A stretch of 63,938 nt of DNA, counting the filler, from Reclinomonas americana ATCC 50394 (taxonomy: Eukaryota), in the NCBI GenBank assembly GCA_048213135.1. It is 6 parts of 2 records of this genome, joined end to end, with 100 filler letters (N's around TTAATTAATTAA, not from the genome) between each part and the next. Parts side by side here need not be neighbours in the genome. Positions count along the whole stretch, not along the records: positions 32,410 to 51,479 come from PS015394.1; positions 51,580 to 55,531 come from PS015394.1; 4 more parts are not named here. One strand, given 5' to 3'. Below are positions 37,801 through 52,444 of the stretch, piece after piece (position 1 is the first letter of the stretch; every line of letters starts with the position of its first letter). A program made the translations under genes and the position numbers. The notes beneath the pieces were generated by a model. The model was not told where the DNA came from, searched no databases, and was given only the letters and a program-made list of their open reading frames with translations.

Positions 37801-40800
37801 TTCGGAGCCAGTGTGGCAAGCAGCAGCTGACACATTTCCGCGTTGCCGACGCTGCACGCAAAGTGCAGAGGCCTGCGCGTTCCAAAAAAATTAGATGCGC
37901 ACGAATGCGCTAAAGAGATCACGTCACGCAACGTTTGGCCCAGTTCACTGTCACCGACGTTCGGATCGGCGCCCGCTCTTCGCAGTGCCAGCACGCGTTG
38001 CTCATCGCCGTTGGCACAAGCCTGTGAACACAAACGCGTAAGTGCATGCACCTGGCTCCTGCATCTCCAGCTATATAGCGCACCACATGCAACGCCGTGA
38101 GGCCAGTGGGAATCGGCGGCGAGTTTCCAGCCGACGGCGGCGACGTGTGCTCGTCGGATCGCGATGGCGAAGAACCCGCTGTGCAGACGAGTGAGCAACA
38201 GGGCACGCATCTGTAATTGGGAGGCAGCACAACGCAACGACTGGACGACGCTGGCGGTGGCGAGTGCATCTCCATGAGACGCGCAATTGTTTCCGGTGGA
38301 GAAGAACGGTCGGTGTTGCGCGCCTCGCCAAAGATGGTCTCGTAGGCCAGCGCCTGCAAGACGGCCATGTCGGTTTGCGATGGTCTGCAGGAGGTAGTGA
38401 GTCGCTTGCGATGTGAGCAATCACCAAAGGAGACGCATACCTCAGTGGCACCACTTCCACGTCCTCGTCGTCATCATCGTGCTGCTGTTGATGTTGTTGC
38501 ACTGGTGACGGCGAGCCATTCTCTTCGTGCTTGTCGGAGGAGGTCGGCGACAGGTGTATGACTGTTGCCTGCGAGGCGGCAGCAGGTGGTGGTGGTGGTG
38601 AAGACACTGCTGAACGAGGCGCCGCAGCTGCAGACGGTCGGGACTGCAGAGAACGCGAGTGAGGGATTTGGATTCGCGATAAAATGCACGAGTAAACGGC
38701 ACCTGCAACATGCTGACAATCTCCGAGTGTCCCTGCGACATGGCGTAGTCCACGGGCAGCAAGTTGCGCTTGTCGCGGAGCTGCGGGTCGACAGGTCGAC
38801 GCAGCAGCTCCTCCATGCATGTGGTCTGGCCGTAGATTGCCGCCCAGTGGACGCACGAGAAGCCTGTCGGCGGAGGGATACTGAGAGAAGGTGGCAGCAA
38901 CACCATCTGCGGCCCTTCTTCCTACTGAACACTGTTGTTTCTCTGCAATTCTCTCTTGAGTTCCTCGCACTCTGCCATTGTCTCATTATCTCTTGGACTG
39001 CACGACATTGTCTTCCCCAACGCCATTCTCTCTCTCACTCCCTCTCCCTCTCTCGCTCTCCCCCCCTCTCTCTCTCTTGATGCACAGCATTCTCTCCATC
39101 TTGCACCACTTTTGGCACGGATAGCCTCCTTTTCCCCTTCTCCTTCCCTCTTCTCCCTCTTCTCCCCGCACTCACCCCTCTGATCCACTTGATTCAGATC
39201 GGCATCGTGCTGCGCCAGTGTCACCAAACTCGCCAATTCGCCACATGCGGCACACAGCTGCGCGGCGGTCATTGCCGACAGACACTTTTTGTTCGGAGAC
39301 GCACCCGCGTTGCACAGCAGTTCCACCACTCTGCAACACAAATAGACGGGTCAGCGCCGAGGAGAAGAGATAACTGTGCAATTTGGCGATGCAACTCTGG
39401 GAAGCTGCAGAACGAGGCCACCAGCAGCGGCGTCAGGCCTGAATCAGTGGTGGCGTCGACCAGCTGAATCTGCTGTGCTTGTGCTTGTGCAAGGATCAGC
39501 TTGACCATTGGTGCGTTGCCGGTGCGCGCAGCTGGTAGAGAGACAACGGATGAGAATCTCTTTCCAGAGTGGCTCCGACGAGCAACACGCTCACCCTCAT
39601 GCAATAGCGTCCATTTGCTGGCCGTGGTCACATTGACGCGTGCACCGAGCGAGAACAGCAACCGCAACACATCCGTGTCCTCGCAGGAGATGGCGCAATG
39701 CAGGAGCGACCACGATGATGACGGCGTCTCGCCTGCACTCGTCACCACACGCGTCTTTTCCTCCTATTGTGGCGGCAAACAAAGCGTCAGAAGAGCAGCA
39801 CAAATGAGAAGAATGTCACCAGAACTCACCCTGTGACGCGCACGATGGAGCCGAATGAGACGTCGGTCCTCGAGCACCTTGCGTGCGACGGCCACCACAG
39901 ATGGGTTCTCGGCACCCAGCTCGTTGACCAGACGGGCCAGTAGCGCGTAATCCAGTCGTTCGGTGGGGTTCAGCGACGAAGATACCTCAAGAATCGCGCG
40001 AAGACATGCTTGTGCTCCCTGCCGCCGTCCTCCCATGTCAGATCTCGGTATCCATGCATCGCTCGTGAATGTAACGCAACAGGAGAGGACTCGGAGCGGC
40101 GAGCACAGTGCAGCACGTGCGGGTTGAGCGACACAAGGTGCGAGGGGAAGAGCTGCACGAGAACACGATCGGCGCCGGGTTTGGGGCTGCCGGTGGGCGG
40201 CGACATGCGCGAGTTTTGCGTGTTGGCCGACGACACGGATGAGGCGTCGTCCTCGGCGGGCAGCGGGGCCTGGCCAGCATTGCGGAAGGCCTCGGCGAGG
40301 AGGGCGCGGAGGGTGGAGGACTGCGTGAAGGGAAAGGGAGGGAAAGGGAGGGAAAGGGAGGGAAAGGGAGGGAAGGGAGGGGAGGTGAGGGAAGAAGGGA
40401 GGAGAGGGAAGAAGGGAGGAGAGGGGAAAAGGGAGGAGAGGGAAGAAGGGAGGAGAGGGAAGAAGAGAGGAGAGGGAAGAAGGGAGGGTGAGGGAAGAAG
40501 GGAATGAGGGAAGAAGGGAGGAGAGGGAAGAAGGGAGGAGAGAGAGGGGTAGAAGAGAGGGAGAGGAAAAGAAGGGAGGAGAGGGAAGAAGGGAGGAGAG
40601 GGAAGGGAGGATGAGGGGAGAAGGGAGGAGAGGGAAGGGAGGATGAGGGGAGAAGGGAGGAGAGGGGAGAGAGAGGGGGGAGAGAGAGAGGAAGAAAGAA
40701 AGCGAGAGAGTGCAGAAAGCAGGAGAGAGAAGGTGAGACGAATGCGACGAGAAAGGAAGAGAGGAAGAGGAGAACAAAAATAAAAGAAAGATGACCGGAG

Positions 40801-43800
40801 TGGGAAGAGGAGAGCGAGCAGGACGCTATGTTGCGAATAAAAAGCAGGCGAAGAGAATGTGTGTGATAGAGAATAAAAGGGCGAGGAGAAGGAGAACGAT
40901 AGAAGAAGCAGGAAAAGAAAGAAAGGGAAGGAGAGCGAGAAGAACGTGGAGGAGGACATTGCGAGAACGTCAAGGTAGTAAAATGATGACAAGAATCAGA
41001 ACACGAACAGCAGCGACAAGCAATCAAAGAACGTGGAGAATGAGATGGAGAATGAGAGGACGAAGTAGAGGAGATGGGTGACGATGCGAGAGTAGTCAAG
41101 TGCATACGAACATAACAACAACAAGGGATGTGATGTAGGAAACGAGAAGCAAGAGGATGAAAGACGAATGAAGCGTGGGAAAGGACGGATTGCATGAGTG
41201 CTGGAGACGATAAACTAGGAAGAGCCACAAACCTGTTCAAGCTGGACGGCATAATCAATGGGTGACAGTTGATCCATGTCACGCGAAGAGAGAGCGTTAG
41301 ATAATGAGCTGCTGATTGCCGCGTCCTGCACAACAATCATTGGTTGGCGACAAATTTCATGCTGTAGAATCAATGCAAAACGCACCTGCGCCAGCATTGC
41401 GAGCACCGTGCTGCGACCAAACTGCGCGGCGACATGAAGAGGTGACTTGCCGGCCACGCCCTCGGCGACACCCAAAAGGCTGTCCATTGACTGTGCGAGA
41501 CAAAAGAGAAGTGAGGGAAGCGAAAGAGTGAACGAAGAGAGCGAGAGAAAGGCACCACTCACCGACGATGATGCCGGCGACGTCTTTGTCAAACTATTGC
41601 GCCGCTTCCCAGCTGGTCTCTTGCTCTCGCCATTGATGGACGCAATGACGCCACTGAGGGGTGAGGAACTGTGCGACACATGTGTGTGAGTGAGCATGTG
41701 ACACATAGTCTGAACATTTCTCTCACAAGATTCACTGTCACCCACTCCCGCGTTCTCGCTCATTCTCTCTCTCGCTTTTCTTGTCTGGATATCACTCTTC
41801 AAGATAGCTGCAACTGAGGACTTGCTCACACGACTCACTCATGCTCACACGACTCACTCACTTAATTCAGTCTCTCTCCTCCCACTCTGTTGTTGTACAT
41901 CTTACACTCTTCCCCTCTTTCTCATATAAGCATTCACAATCACTGTAACTGAGTGACCTGCTCACACGACTCTCTCACTTATTCAGGCTCTCTTACAGTG
42001 TACCTTGCATTCTTCCCCTCTTTCTCATATAAGCATCCACTATCTCTGCAACAGAGTGGCTCACACTGCGATCGCTCATTCATGCTCTCTCTCTCTCTCT
42101 CTTGTTGTGCAGCACACTCTTCCCCTCTCCCTAATAAAAGCATCTTCTCTCCGTTGCTCACCGGCTCAGTTGATTATTCTATCCTAACTCGCACTCGCAA
42201 CTCACTTATTCTGTCACTTCCTCTCTCTACACATTCAGTCTCCCACGCCCAGTACGTACAACACAATAGTAGAACACAGCAGATCACATCGATTCTCTTT
42301 CTCACTCACTAACACACGCACACCACACACCACAAACCCGACATGCAACGACTCAAACACATACACCAAGCACGTACAACACAACAGCGGAGCACTGCAG
42401 AGCACACTCACTTCTCTCAATCTGCTCACTCAAGCAAACGCCCATTCGCTCCTTCGCCATCTGCTTGCGCCCACCATCCCTCTTCCATATTTCTCTCGCA
42501 CACATACTCACTCTCCCGCTGCCTCCTTCCCTCTTCTCCCTTTCCCTTTCCATTTCCTCCCCCTTCTCCCCCCCCTTGCTCACCTCGTGGCATCCACCGA
42601 CAGCACCGAGTGCACGAGCTCCACCACCAGCTGATCCGGCGTGACGGCCATGGCAACATGCAGCGGCGACATGCCGTACTTGGCGTCCACCACATCCGTG
42701 CGCACCGACGCCCGCAGCAGCGCACTCAACACGGCGTGGTTGCCCGACAGCAGCGCCACATGCAACGGATACAGGCCATCACTGTCGGGAATGTTCGGGT
42801 TGGCGTGGTTCTTCAACAGGACCTCCAGTGCTGGCGTGTGGCCGAGGAGGGCACAGATGAAGACGCCAGTGCATCCAAACGAGTCGCGCGCGTCCACATG
42901 CGCGCCCTGTGTGCGTCACTGTGAGTGAGCCACCTCATCCCAAAGCATGTGAGAGGAAGGGACGCGCCTTGTCGAGCAGCTGTTTGACGGCGTCGGCGGC
43001 ATTCGTCAGACACGCGCAAAGCAATGGAGTGCGCTGCTTCCTGTCCAAGGCCTCCAGATTGGCCTCGGCAGCAAACAGCACATCGATGCAGGCGACACGG
43101 TCATGCATGGCGGCCATGTGCAGCGGTGAGAGGCCTGACTGCGAGTTTGCACCGGATTCTGCAGAAGAGAGTTGAATAGAGAGGTCTCAAGCCGGAGAAA
43201 TAGAGCGCGTACAATCACTTACCGAGACGGGCCCCGGCATCCACCAACACGCGCAAAATGTCGTCGAACCCGGACATGCACGCCACGTGCGCTGCAGTCT
43301 GCTCGCGTACATTCCTGCACCCACCGCCCAGTCAGCGACACAACAGGCGATTCTTTCACGAGCGCAGCGACGCACTTGTGATTGACATTGGCGCCGAGTC
43401 GCACCAAATGGCGAACCATCTCGGTGTTGTGCACAGCGCAAGCCCAAATGAGCGGCGTGTTCTTCTCGAAATCCACCGCATCGATATCGTACAACTCGTG
43501 CTCCTCTGGTCGCGCATTGCGGATGATATCCAAGCACTCGAGGGAGCCGCTGAGTGCGCACAGGTGCATAATGTTGATGCGCTGTTGTTGCGAGGGAGAC
43601 GATGATCCGTCGTTGCCGTCGTCAGCACCTGCGGGATCGAGCGATGAGAAAAGAGGAGGAAGGGAGAGAGCCATCACATACAGACCTCTCACTCGCATCT
43701 TCTCCGGGTCCAGCACGCCCGACAAACGATCACGACAAGCCTCCATGTCGTGTGTGGTCGCCGCTCCGTATCTCAACAGCACCATGACACTCTCGATTTT

Positions 43801-44394
43801 GCCTGAATCATCAGAGGATTGAGAAGTGCACAAGCTGCGTGTCCCCTCTGTCAATACCAACGCACCTGCAACCACCGCCAAGTCAATCGGCGCCCAGCCC
43901 ATCTTGTCGACCTGATTCAGCGCCGCGTCGCACTCCAGCAGCACCTGCACGCATTGCGGGCGGGGGCTGACGGCGGCGAGGTGGAGGGGGGTGAGGCCCA
44001 CGCGGTCGCGTACATTGACAACGGCCTCGTGGTCGAGGAGAATGGCTGCGAGAATGAGGGAGAAGGCGTGGGTGAGGGAAATGGAGGGAGAAGACAGGGG
44101 AAGGTGAGGGAGAAGACTGGGGAAGGGGAGGGGGAGACAGGAGAAGGGGAGAGAGGAGACAGGGGAAGCGGAGACTAGACAGGAAAAGGGGGAAGTGAGG
44201 GGAGACGGAGATGGGCTAGTTGGCGTTGGGGCTTGCCGAATCGCAACCCAATCAAGTCGTCAACGTGAGGAACACTGGAAAACACACGAATGCTCACATT
44301 ACGAGAGTTCTTAAGGGAAAAGCGAGAAAGGGAGCAAGGGAGGTGAGAACAGCAATGAAGTGGGAAACCGGAAACGAACGCAGTCGCCACAAAG

Positions 44395-44441
<47 letters not shown>

Positions 44442-47400
44442 GAAGGAGATCTCTGTTGCGAAGGCGCAGATGATGAGGGGGAAGACAGGCGTGAAAATGA
44501 CCGGTGGAAATAGGGTGAAAGAAAGAGTCGAACGCAGTCGCGGGCGGAGAGAGAGAGACATACGCGCGCGCTCTGTCCTATACACACACGGAGATCCAAC
44601 TGACCAACGATTTCCACAAATCCCAATCCAGCAGCAGTGTGCAGAGGCGTCCGCAAGTGCACGTCGGCCACATTGGACGACGCGCCCATGTCTACCAGTT
44701 TAGAGACGCAGAGATCGTGATTACCGGCGCATGCCAGGTGCAACGCACTGCATGACAAGGAGATGAGCACCCAATATGAAACTAAAGATGGCAGGATGAG
44801 TGACGCAACGTGCGACCGGCATCGTTCTGTACATCCACCATGGCGCCATCGGCCAGCAGTCTCTCCACGCACTCTGAGTGACCACCGGCACACGCCTCGT
44901 GGAGAGCCGTGTACCCGTTTTCACCCGGTTCGTTGATCCGCACGCCGAAACCCAGCAGCACGGAGAGGCAGCCTGCAAAAATGAAAGTGAGAAGGGGGAG
45001 AGGGGGAGAGGGGGAGAGGGGGAGAGGGGGACGAGGAAGTGAGAGTACGCAAGGAAGAATGAGAGGAGCACAAGCACGCGAGACAGGCGCAGGAAAGGGA
45101 GAGCAGGAGAAGTATGCAAGGAAGCTCAAGTGGGAGAGGGCGAAGAGATGACTTCCAACAAACCAGCATGTCCTAGTCGCGCGGCATAGTGCAGCGCCGT
45201 GCACCCTGACTCGTCCTTCCCATCCAGATTATTCAATACTGTACACAGGGCATCCACAGCTGTCGCATGATTGTGGATTACCGCCTCGCGCAGGCACGCA
45301 GAGCCACTCTGACCACGCGTGTCGGCGCCGTAGTCGGCAAGCAGTCGCACGCAGTCGGTGTGACCTAAGATACACAGAAGGTGAACAATCATTCCATCAA
45401 AGAAAGGAGGAGATTCCGCGCACCATGTCGACCCGCCAAGAAGAATGGAGCCGCGCCATACTTGTCCGTCACCTTGGCGCTCGCTCCACGTCGCAATAAT
45501 ATGGCCAACACGTCGGCACGTCCGTGCATGGCGGCGAGGTGCTGCGCGGTGCGCGAGTGTGTTGCTTCGCGGGTGTCGACCACGGCGCCTGTGGGAGGGA
45601 GAATTTTGGAAAGAACAATGAGAAGGCGAAGGCTTTCCTTCTCCCTCTTTCTCTTTCCTTCTCTCTCTTCTTCACTCACTGCTCTCTGATAACTCTTTCC
45701 TCTCTCTCCCCCTCTTTCCCTACTCTTTCCTTCTCTCTCTCTCGCTCTCTCTCTCTCTCCTCCTTTCCTCCCTCCCTCCTCTCTCTCTCCCTCTCCCTCC
45801 CTTTCTATGGGGGAAAAGGTCGCCCTTCTCAATTCTCACTCACCACAATCCATCAGCGCGGACAGCGCCCGCGCCTTGCCCGCGACGCATGCTAGCAGGA
45901 GCGGTGTAAAACCGGACTTGTCGCGCCTCTCGAGAATCAAGTCGCGCCGGAACTGCAGTGCGTTCTGATTCTGCAGCGTCTTGTCGGCGGCAGTCGCCTC
46001 CTTTGAGAAATCTGGCGACAGCGAAAGGGTGAGCTGGGGGAGGAAGGAGATGGAGAGTTGTGGCAGCAACGCAACCCATGGACGCCAGATCGGGCGGATC
46101 CTTTTGGAAGCGCGTCCTAAAGTACTCTACATAAAGCGCCGTGGTCCATCGCGTGCAGCCCTCCTCGACCAGGGTGCGCACCGTTACAGGTTCGTCGGCC
46201 AGTACGGCGAGGTGGAGAGGGGTGAAGCCGTGGGATTGGTCGCCGGCGAAGATCTGAGGGAGGGGTGAGGGGGGTGAGAAGCGGGAAGGGGATAAGAAAG
46301 GGGAAGGGGGTAAGAAGGTGGAAGGGGGTAAAGAAGGAAGATTAGCGCAAAGAAAGAAGCGAGAAAGTGATGCAGGAGAAAGTGAAGCAGGACAAAGGTC
46401 AACGAGTGTAAACACGCCCGACAAAGATAGTGAGAATGAGTTGCAGGACCGAGGAAGACAGAGACGTGGAAGAGTACTCTTGATAGAAGAGATGACAGAG
46501 AGACAGTGAGCTTCTCTTTCTTACTTTCGGCGAGAGAGAGATAGATTGATAACAGTCCCACTCTGTTCCCCCATCTCCCCACCACAAACCTCACTTCGTT
46601 TCCTCAACAACAGGCGGCACATATTGGCATCTCCCGTCGCCGCGGCCATGTGCAACGGCGTAAAGCCCTCGGCGTCGGCCGTGTTGGGTGACGCCTACAA
46701 TCGCCTTGTGTGAGCACCCAACACATCGTGGCAAGCAAGTTCGCCAACCACCGCAACGCACCTCCTTATTCAACAAAAATTCCGATAAATCCATCTGATG
46801 CGACAACACCGCGTAGTGCAACGCGGTGCGATCGCGTGAGTCGCCCGAGTCCACTTGGGCGCCGTTCTCCAATAAAACTTCTGCAATCTGTGGGACAATA
46901 AAGATGAGAAAAGGGAATCCCGAACTCATTCCACCCTTCTCCATTCCTTCCACTTGTTGCTGCAATTGGAGACGTCCCTCTCCCCCTTCTCAACGGCCTC
47001 ATTTCTCCTACATGCTGCTGCTGCTGCAACTTCAATTGGAGGCTGCCCCTTCTAAGCTGTCTCATTCCTTCCAGCTGCTGCTGCTGCCGTAATTGGTGAC
47101 TTCCTTACCCAGCCCGCCCACTCTCCCTTCTCAGCAACCTCATTCCTTCCACCTCAACTGTACTTAGAAAGTTGCCACCCCACTCTTCCCTTCTCCCTTT
47201 CTCTCATGCTGCCGTTGCTGTAACTGGAGATTTCTCCTGTCCAACTCCCCTTCCAGAGTCATTACCTGCTGCTGCTCCTTTGATTAGAGACTACCCCCCT
47301 CTCTCTTCTCAGCGCCCTCATTCCTTACACTTGCTTCTGCCGGTGCTGTAATTGACGACTCACTGCCCACCGCATCCCCCCCTCTCAGATGCCTCTTTCT

Positions 47401-50400
47401 TTCCCCTTTCTGCAACTGGAGACTTCCCCACGCAGCCCACCCCCCTCTCCCCTCTCAGCCATATTCCTGCCGATGTTGCAGAGACTCCCCCCACAAAGCA
47501 AGAAACCCTTCTCCCAACCCGCCACTGTCATTAGAGAACTCCTCCTATCCCCCTCACCTTTCGATTGCCCTTGGCATACGCCCAATGCAGCGGCGTCAAC
47601 TGATTGGCATCCACCTCATCCACTGGCGCGCCGTGACGAAGCAAGGCCATCACCATCTCCGGTGTGCCCGCGTACGCCGCATAGTGCAGTGGCGTGCGCC
47701 CTAAAGAATCTGTACAGACGACCACGGCACCGTAGCGGACCAGCAAATCGATGCACTGGTCGGCCTTGGTTGAGGGGGCTGCGAAATGGTCAGCGAAATC
47801 AACAATCTTGAAAAAAGACGTTGGATAATCGCACCTCTCGCGCGCGGTGACGAGGTCGACCGCATGGAGTGCTGGGGTGAGAATCGCTCGCCGGGGGTGG
47901 GTGGCGAGGAGATGCGACCGGGAGGGCTGGAGGCTCGGCCGAGGGAGGGTGGTGACATAGGGGGAAAGATGGAGGTGGCGGTGGAGGAAGAAAGAGAAGA
48001 GTCGTCGAAGCGGCCGAGGGCGGCGGCGAGGAGGTGGACGGGGAAGCGGCAGAGGTGGTCAATGACCTGCCAAAGAGGGAAGGGGTGAGAGAATAGAAGA
48101 AGGGGGGGAGGGAAGGGGGAGAAGGAGAAGGGGAGAAAAGAGGGGAAGGAGAAGGGGGAAGGAGAAGGGGAAATGGAGAGAGGGGAAAGGAGAAGGGGGA
48201 AAGGAGAAGGGGGAGAAGGAGAAGGCGTAGAAGGAGAAGGGGGAGGAGAACGGGGAAGGAGAACGGGGAGAAGGAGAAGGGAGAAGGAGAAGAAAGGAGA
48301 ACGAGGATGTGAAGGGGGAACGAGAGGGGGTGCAAGAAGAAGGGGGGAAAGAGAAGGGGGAAAGAACAGGGGGAAGGCGCAGGGAGCAAAGTGAGAGAAA
48401 AGACAGAAAAAAAGGAGGCTGAGGACAGTGAACGAAAGAGAGGGAACCAGCGAACAAGGGGGAAAGAAGTGAATGTGGGGGGACTAAACAGACAGGGAGC
48501 GACACTGACTGTCACGGGAACGAATCACAAGTGATGAAGAAGCAAAGAGTGTTGTGCCGTCCCTCTCGTCCACGCAATCACTCTCTTGGCACAATTCCAC
48601 TCACCATCGGATTCGCGCCACCCTCCAACAACGCCGTGATGCATTTCACCGAGCAGCGCCCTGCACACGCGTCGTGCAGTGGCGTGAAGCCGTTCTTTCG
48701 CGGTGCGTTGGGATTGCCGACGTTGAGACCGCTAAATGCTTGCGTGCTCTCGCCGGCCTCCGACAGTGCTCCACCTCCGTTTCCCAACAATAGCCGTACG
48801 ATGGCTGCGTGTCCGTTGCGTGCGGCAATGTGCAGTGCGGTGCATCCCTGAGGAGGAGAGGGTGAGGCATGAGGGAGAAGGGAGAAGAGAGAGAAGAAGG
48901 AGGGAGGGAGAAAGGAAGAAGAACAGAGGAATGAGAGAGGAAAAAACGAGACGGAGTGGAGAAGAAGAGAGAAAACAAGGAAGAAGGGAGAATAATGTAC
49001 GAAAGTATGTGTAACAAACCAGAGCTGAGGAAGAAGAAGAGGGAGAGGATGTGAAGCAGGCAAAGAGAGATCACGAAGAGCAGAGTGAGAGAGAGTGAGA
49101 AAGAAGAGAGGAGAGAGAGAAAAGGAAAAAGAAGTGAGGAGAGAGAAGAAGAGAGGAGGGAGAAAAGGAGAAGGAAGACTTGAGAGAGAGAAAGAGAACA
49201 AGAGGGAGACGATATAATGCAAAATGACTCAGGGCAGATCGAGAAGCAGGGAGAAGAAGAGAGGAGAGGAAGAGACAGAAAAAGAGGAGAGAGAACGAGG
49301 TAGGAAGAAGGCAGAAGCAAGGAAGAAAGAATGTGCAAGGAACCACAGGTGAGAAAGAAGAAGAGGGAGAAGAGATGAAGCAGACGGAAGACCAAGAAGA
49401 GCACGAATGCAGAAGAAGAGAAAAGAAGAGAGGAGCGGAAGAGAGAAACGGAGAAGGGGACAAGAGATGAAGCAGAATACGACAGACCAAGAGGAGCACA
49501 AGCAGAATGAAGAAGAAGAGGAGCAGAACAAGAGCAAGATGGCAGAAGAAAGCAAGCAAAAATTGCAGCGAACGAGAGGTGAGGAGAAGAAGCAGGGACA
49601 AGAGATGAAGCAGAGGACGAAACACCAAGAAGAGCAGAGCGACAAGAAGGAGAGAGAGAGAGGAAGAGGAGAAGGGAGAAGAGACCACGAGGAGAATGAA
49701 CTCGGGAGAAGGACGATTATACTCTTCCGTCGCCCACGTGTCTCTCACACTCACCGTCTTGGCTCGCACTGCATTCACTTGGGCGCCCACATGCACAAGG
49801 TACGCGGCAATGTCCGCACGTCCGTACGCACAGGCCGTCATCAGCGCCGTTTCACCTCTCCCATTCAGCATGTCCACATCCACAATGTGTCGGTCGGCGG
49901 TCAGTTTTTGCACCACCTGTGCGGATAGAGAAGGGTGTAAGCGGGGGAGCAGCAAGGGTAGTCCTCTCCTCTACAAGAACCTCGAGGTGGCCGTGCTGGA
50001 CGGCAAGGTGCAGTGGGGTGCGACCGAGGCGGTCTTTGGCCGACAGCAGCGCGGTGTGCTTGAAGAGGTAGTAGACGCATTTTTGGCCGCCGTGGCGAGC
50101 GAGGATGTGGGCGCAGTTCCAGGTGTTGTTGTGGGAGTGGCCTCTAGAGAGGGGGAGAAGGGGTGGGTGAGGGGCAAGGGGGAGAATAGGGAAAGGGAAT
50201 GAAGAGGAAAGGGAATGTGGAGGGGAGAGCAAGGAGAGGACAACAGACGAGAAGAGAACAAACAGCAGTTCACACGGGAACGAATGCATCGCGAATGCGA
50301 TTGAACAAGGGACGGACATGTGAGATAGGCGTACAGCGAACCAAACAAGCTCACATATTAGAGAGAGAATGTTCAAGAGCGAGCGAGAATACAGGCGACA

Positions 50401-51182
50401 CGCGGCTGAGTGCACGTGAGTCGACGGAAATAAGGCACTCAAGGATGTGAGCGCACTTCCACGTGTCAATGTGGGAGTGACCCAAGTGGAGGGAATAGAT
50501 GTACGAAAGAGATCATCACCGACACAACCAAGGAGAAAGAGAGAAGATGAAGCACAAGAGTGAGTCAACAGACAACAGGAATTCGACGAAGCGCACAAAG
50601 ATGTGTGGGTGGGCGAAGGTGGAGACGAACGGAAGGGTGAGAGGAGAAGAGCGAGAGGAGGAAATGGAAGCATGAGGAGAAACCGAATGGGGTAATGTCA
50701 GCAGAGTCAAAAGCAATCGGTTGAAAGGGTAAAGTGGAGCTGAAACATCGCACTTGTGAGTGATAAAGGAAAGACATGACACACGGGAGAGGGGAGAGGA
50801 GGAGTCGCGAGAGAGAGAGAGAGAGAGAATGGGAGGGAGATTGCAGAATCAAGTGCATTCAGGAACAGGAGCACAGCGCAAAGGGTCTGCGTGCGAGAGT
50901 GGAGCATGGGGAAACAAAGCAGTTACGAGCGACTGAGTGCACGGGAGTCGCCAGAAGAGGGCACACGAGCATTGTTGTAAGAGTGGCCCGATTGCGGGCA
51001 GCGATGCAAGAGCGTGAGATGAATGCACACGACTTCAGAGAACGAGGAGATGAAGCAGACACGAGACGCAACTCGCGATCCTCCTCTTCGGTGGTGGCTG
51101 AGAGGGCGGTGAGCTGCGCGCCGCTGGAGAGGAGGCCGCGGACGGCCTTGTCGTCGTCGCGGGCAAAGGCGGCGCACAGTTG
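34839..51182 (-). CDS. Very large ankyrin-repeat protein (roughly 30 repeats, many exons; could be more than one gene)
   Basis: Repeated G.TPLH.AA..G...V..LL..GA units in short exons (GRTPLHLAVQHGH, GFTPLHDACAG, GLTPLHLAAV, GATPLHICAANGQ, GRTPLMEAITGGH) separated by pyrimidine-rich introns. Ends AVLEQAHS*. Start not identified. Confidence 0.82.
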
Positions 51183-51374
51183 CTGGGGAGAAGGGAAGGG
51201 GAGGGAGGTGAGTGCGAAGGGTGGACAAGGGGGAGACAGAGAGATGGAAAGGAGAGAGAGGGAGAGAGAGAGAGATGAGTATGGTGAGGACGGACAACAA
51301 AGGAGAGGGAAGCGAGAGGAGGAAACGAGTGAAGAAAGAGAGACAAGCTGAGTTGCTGTGTGCACGTGTGAGTG

Positions 51375-51477
<103 letters not shown>

Positions 51478-51479
51478 GA

Positions 51480-51579
51480 NNNNNNNNNNNNNNNNNNNNN
51501 NNNNNNNNNNNNNNNNNNNNNNNTTAATTAATTAANNNNNNNNNNNNNNNNNNNNNNNNNNNNNNNNNNNNNNNNNNNN
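51480..51579. other. Artificial scaffold linker
   Basis: N44-TTAATTAATTAA-N44. Confidence 0.97.
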
Positions 51580-51680
51580 GAGAGAGAGAGAGAAGGAAGG
51601 AGTGCTTGTTTCCCATCTCTCTCCTCTCTGACACACACATTCTTCTGTTCCTCCTCATCCTTCTGTGCTCTTTCCTCTGG

Positions 51681-51713
<33 letters not shown>

Positions 51714-52078
51714 TCACACACACACACACACACACACAAAATCGCTCTCTCGCACATCTGCATATCGAATATCGCAACACACACACACTCAGCGAAAAGG
51801 AGACACTCTCTTTCACACACAAAGCCTCTCGCTTCCTCTCTCTCACACACACACTCTCACACAAAGTGTGTCTTGAGTGCGGCCATCTCAGACACACACT
51901 CACTCACTCACTCTTTGTATCTTTTCTTTGTTTGACTGCGCAACTTCATTGAGGTGTCGCTTGTGCTCTGGTTCTGCGGAGGCGCCACTCAGAGAGGGCG
52001 ATGCAGCGCGTCGCATTGTGTGAGTGTGGACAAATTACTGGGAAAACGGTTGTGGGACGGTGGGACGCATTGATTGAG

Positions 52079-52119
<41 letters not shown>

Positions 52120-52444
52120 AGCTGAGACACAATGCAATTAATGACTCCTTGTGAAGATGTGAAGATGCAGAAAGTGCTGTATTTTTGGCTTCGTTTCCTG
52201 CAAGGCAGTTCACTCGGCTGTCAATTACAATCCACCCCCACGCATCACATGCAGCACTGTTTCAACAGTGAACGATCAGAGTCAACACAATGACGGGAGT
52301 TCACTTGGTTTCTCTCAACAGAAAAGAAAGTGAAAAACGCGAGGAGTGTGATAAGACTCCGATCGTATTTTCACTTTATGAAACCATGATATTCCAACAG
52401 TGGAAATCTGGATTGCACCGGCGCGGAACACGAACTTGATTAAC

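Noticed and set aside
26131..51365. Long L/S/P/F-rich and E/R/G/K-rich ORFs in the track
   Set aside because: They are translations of CT/GA low-complexity introns that lack stop codons.
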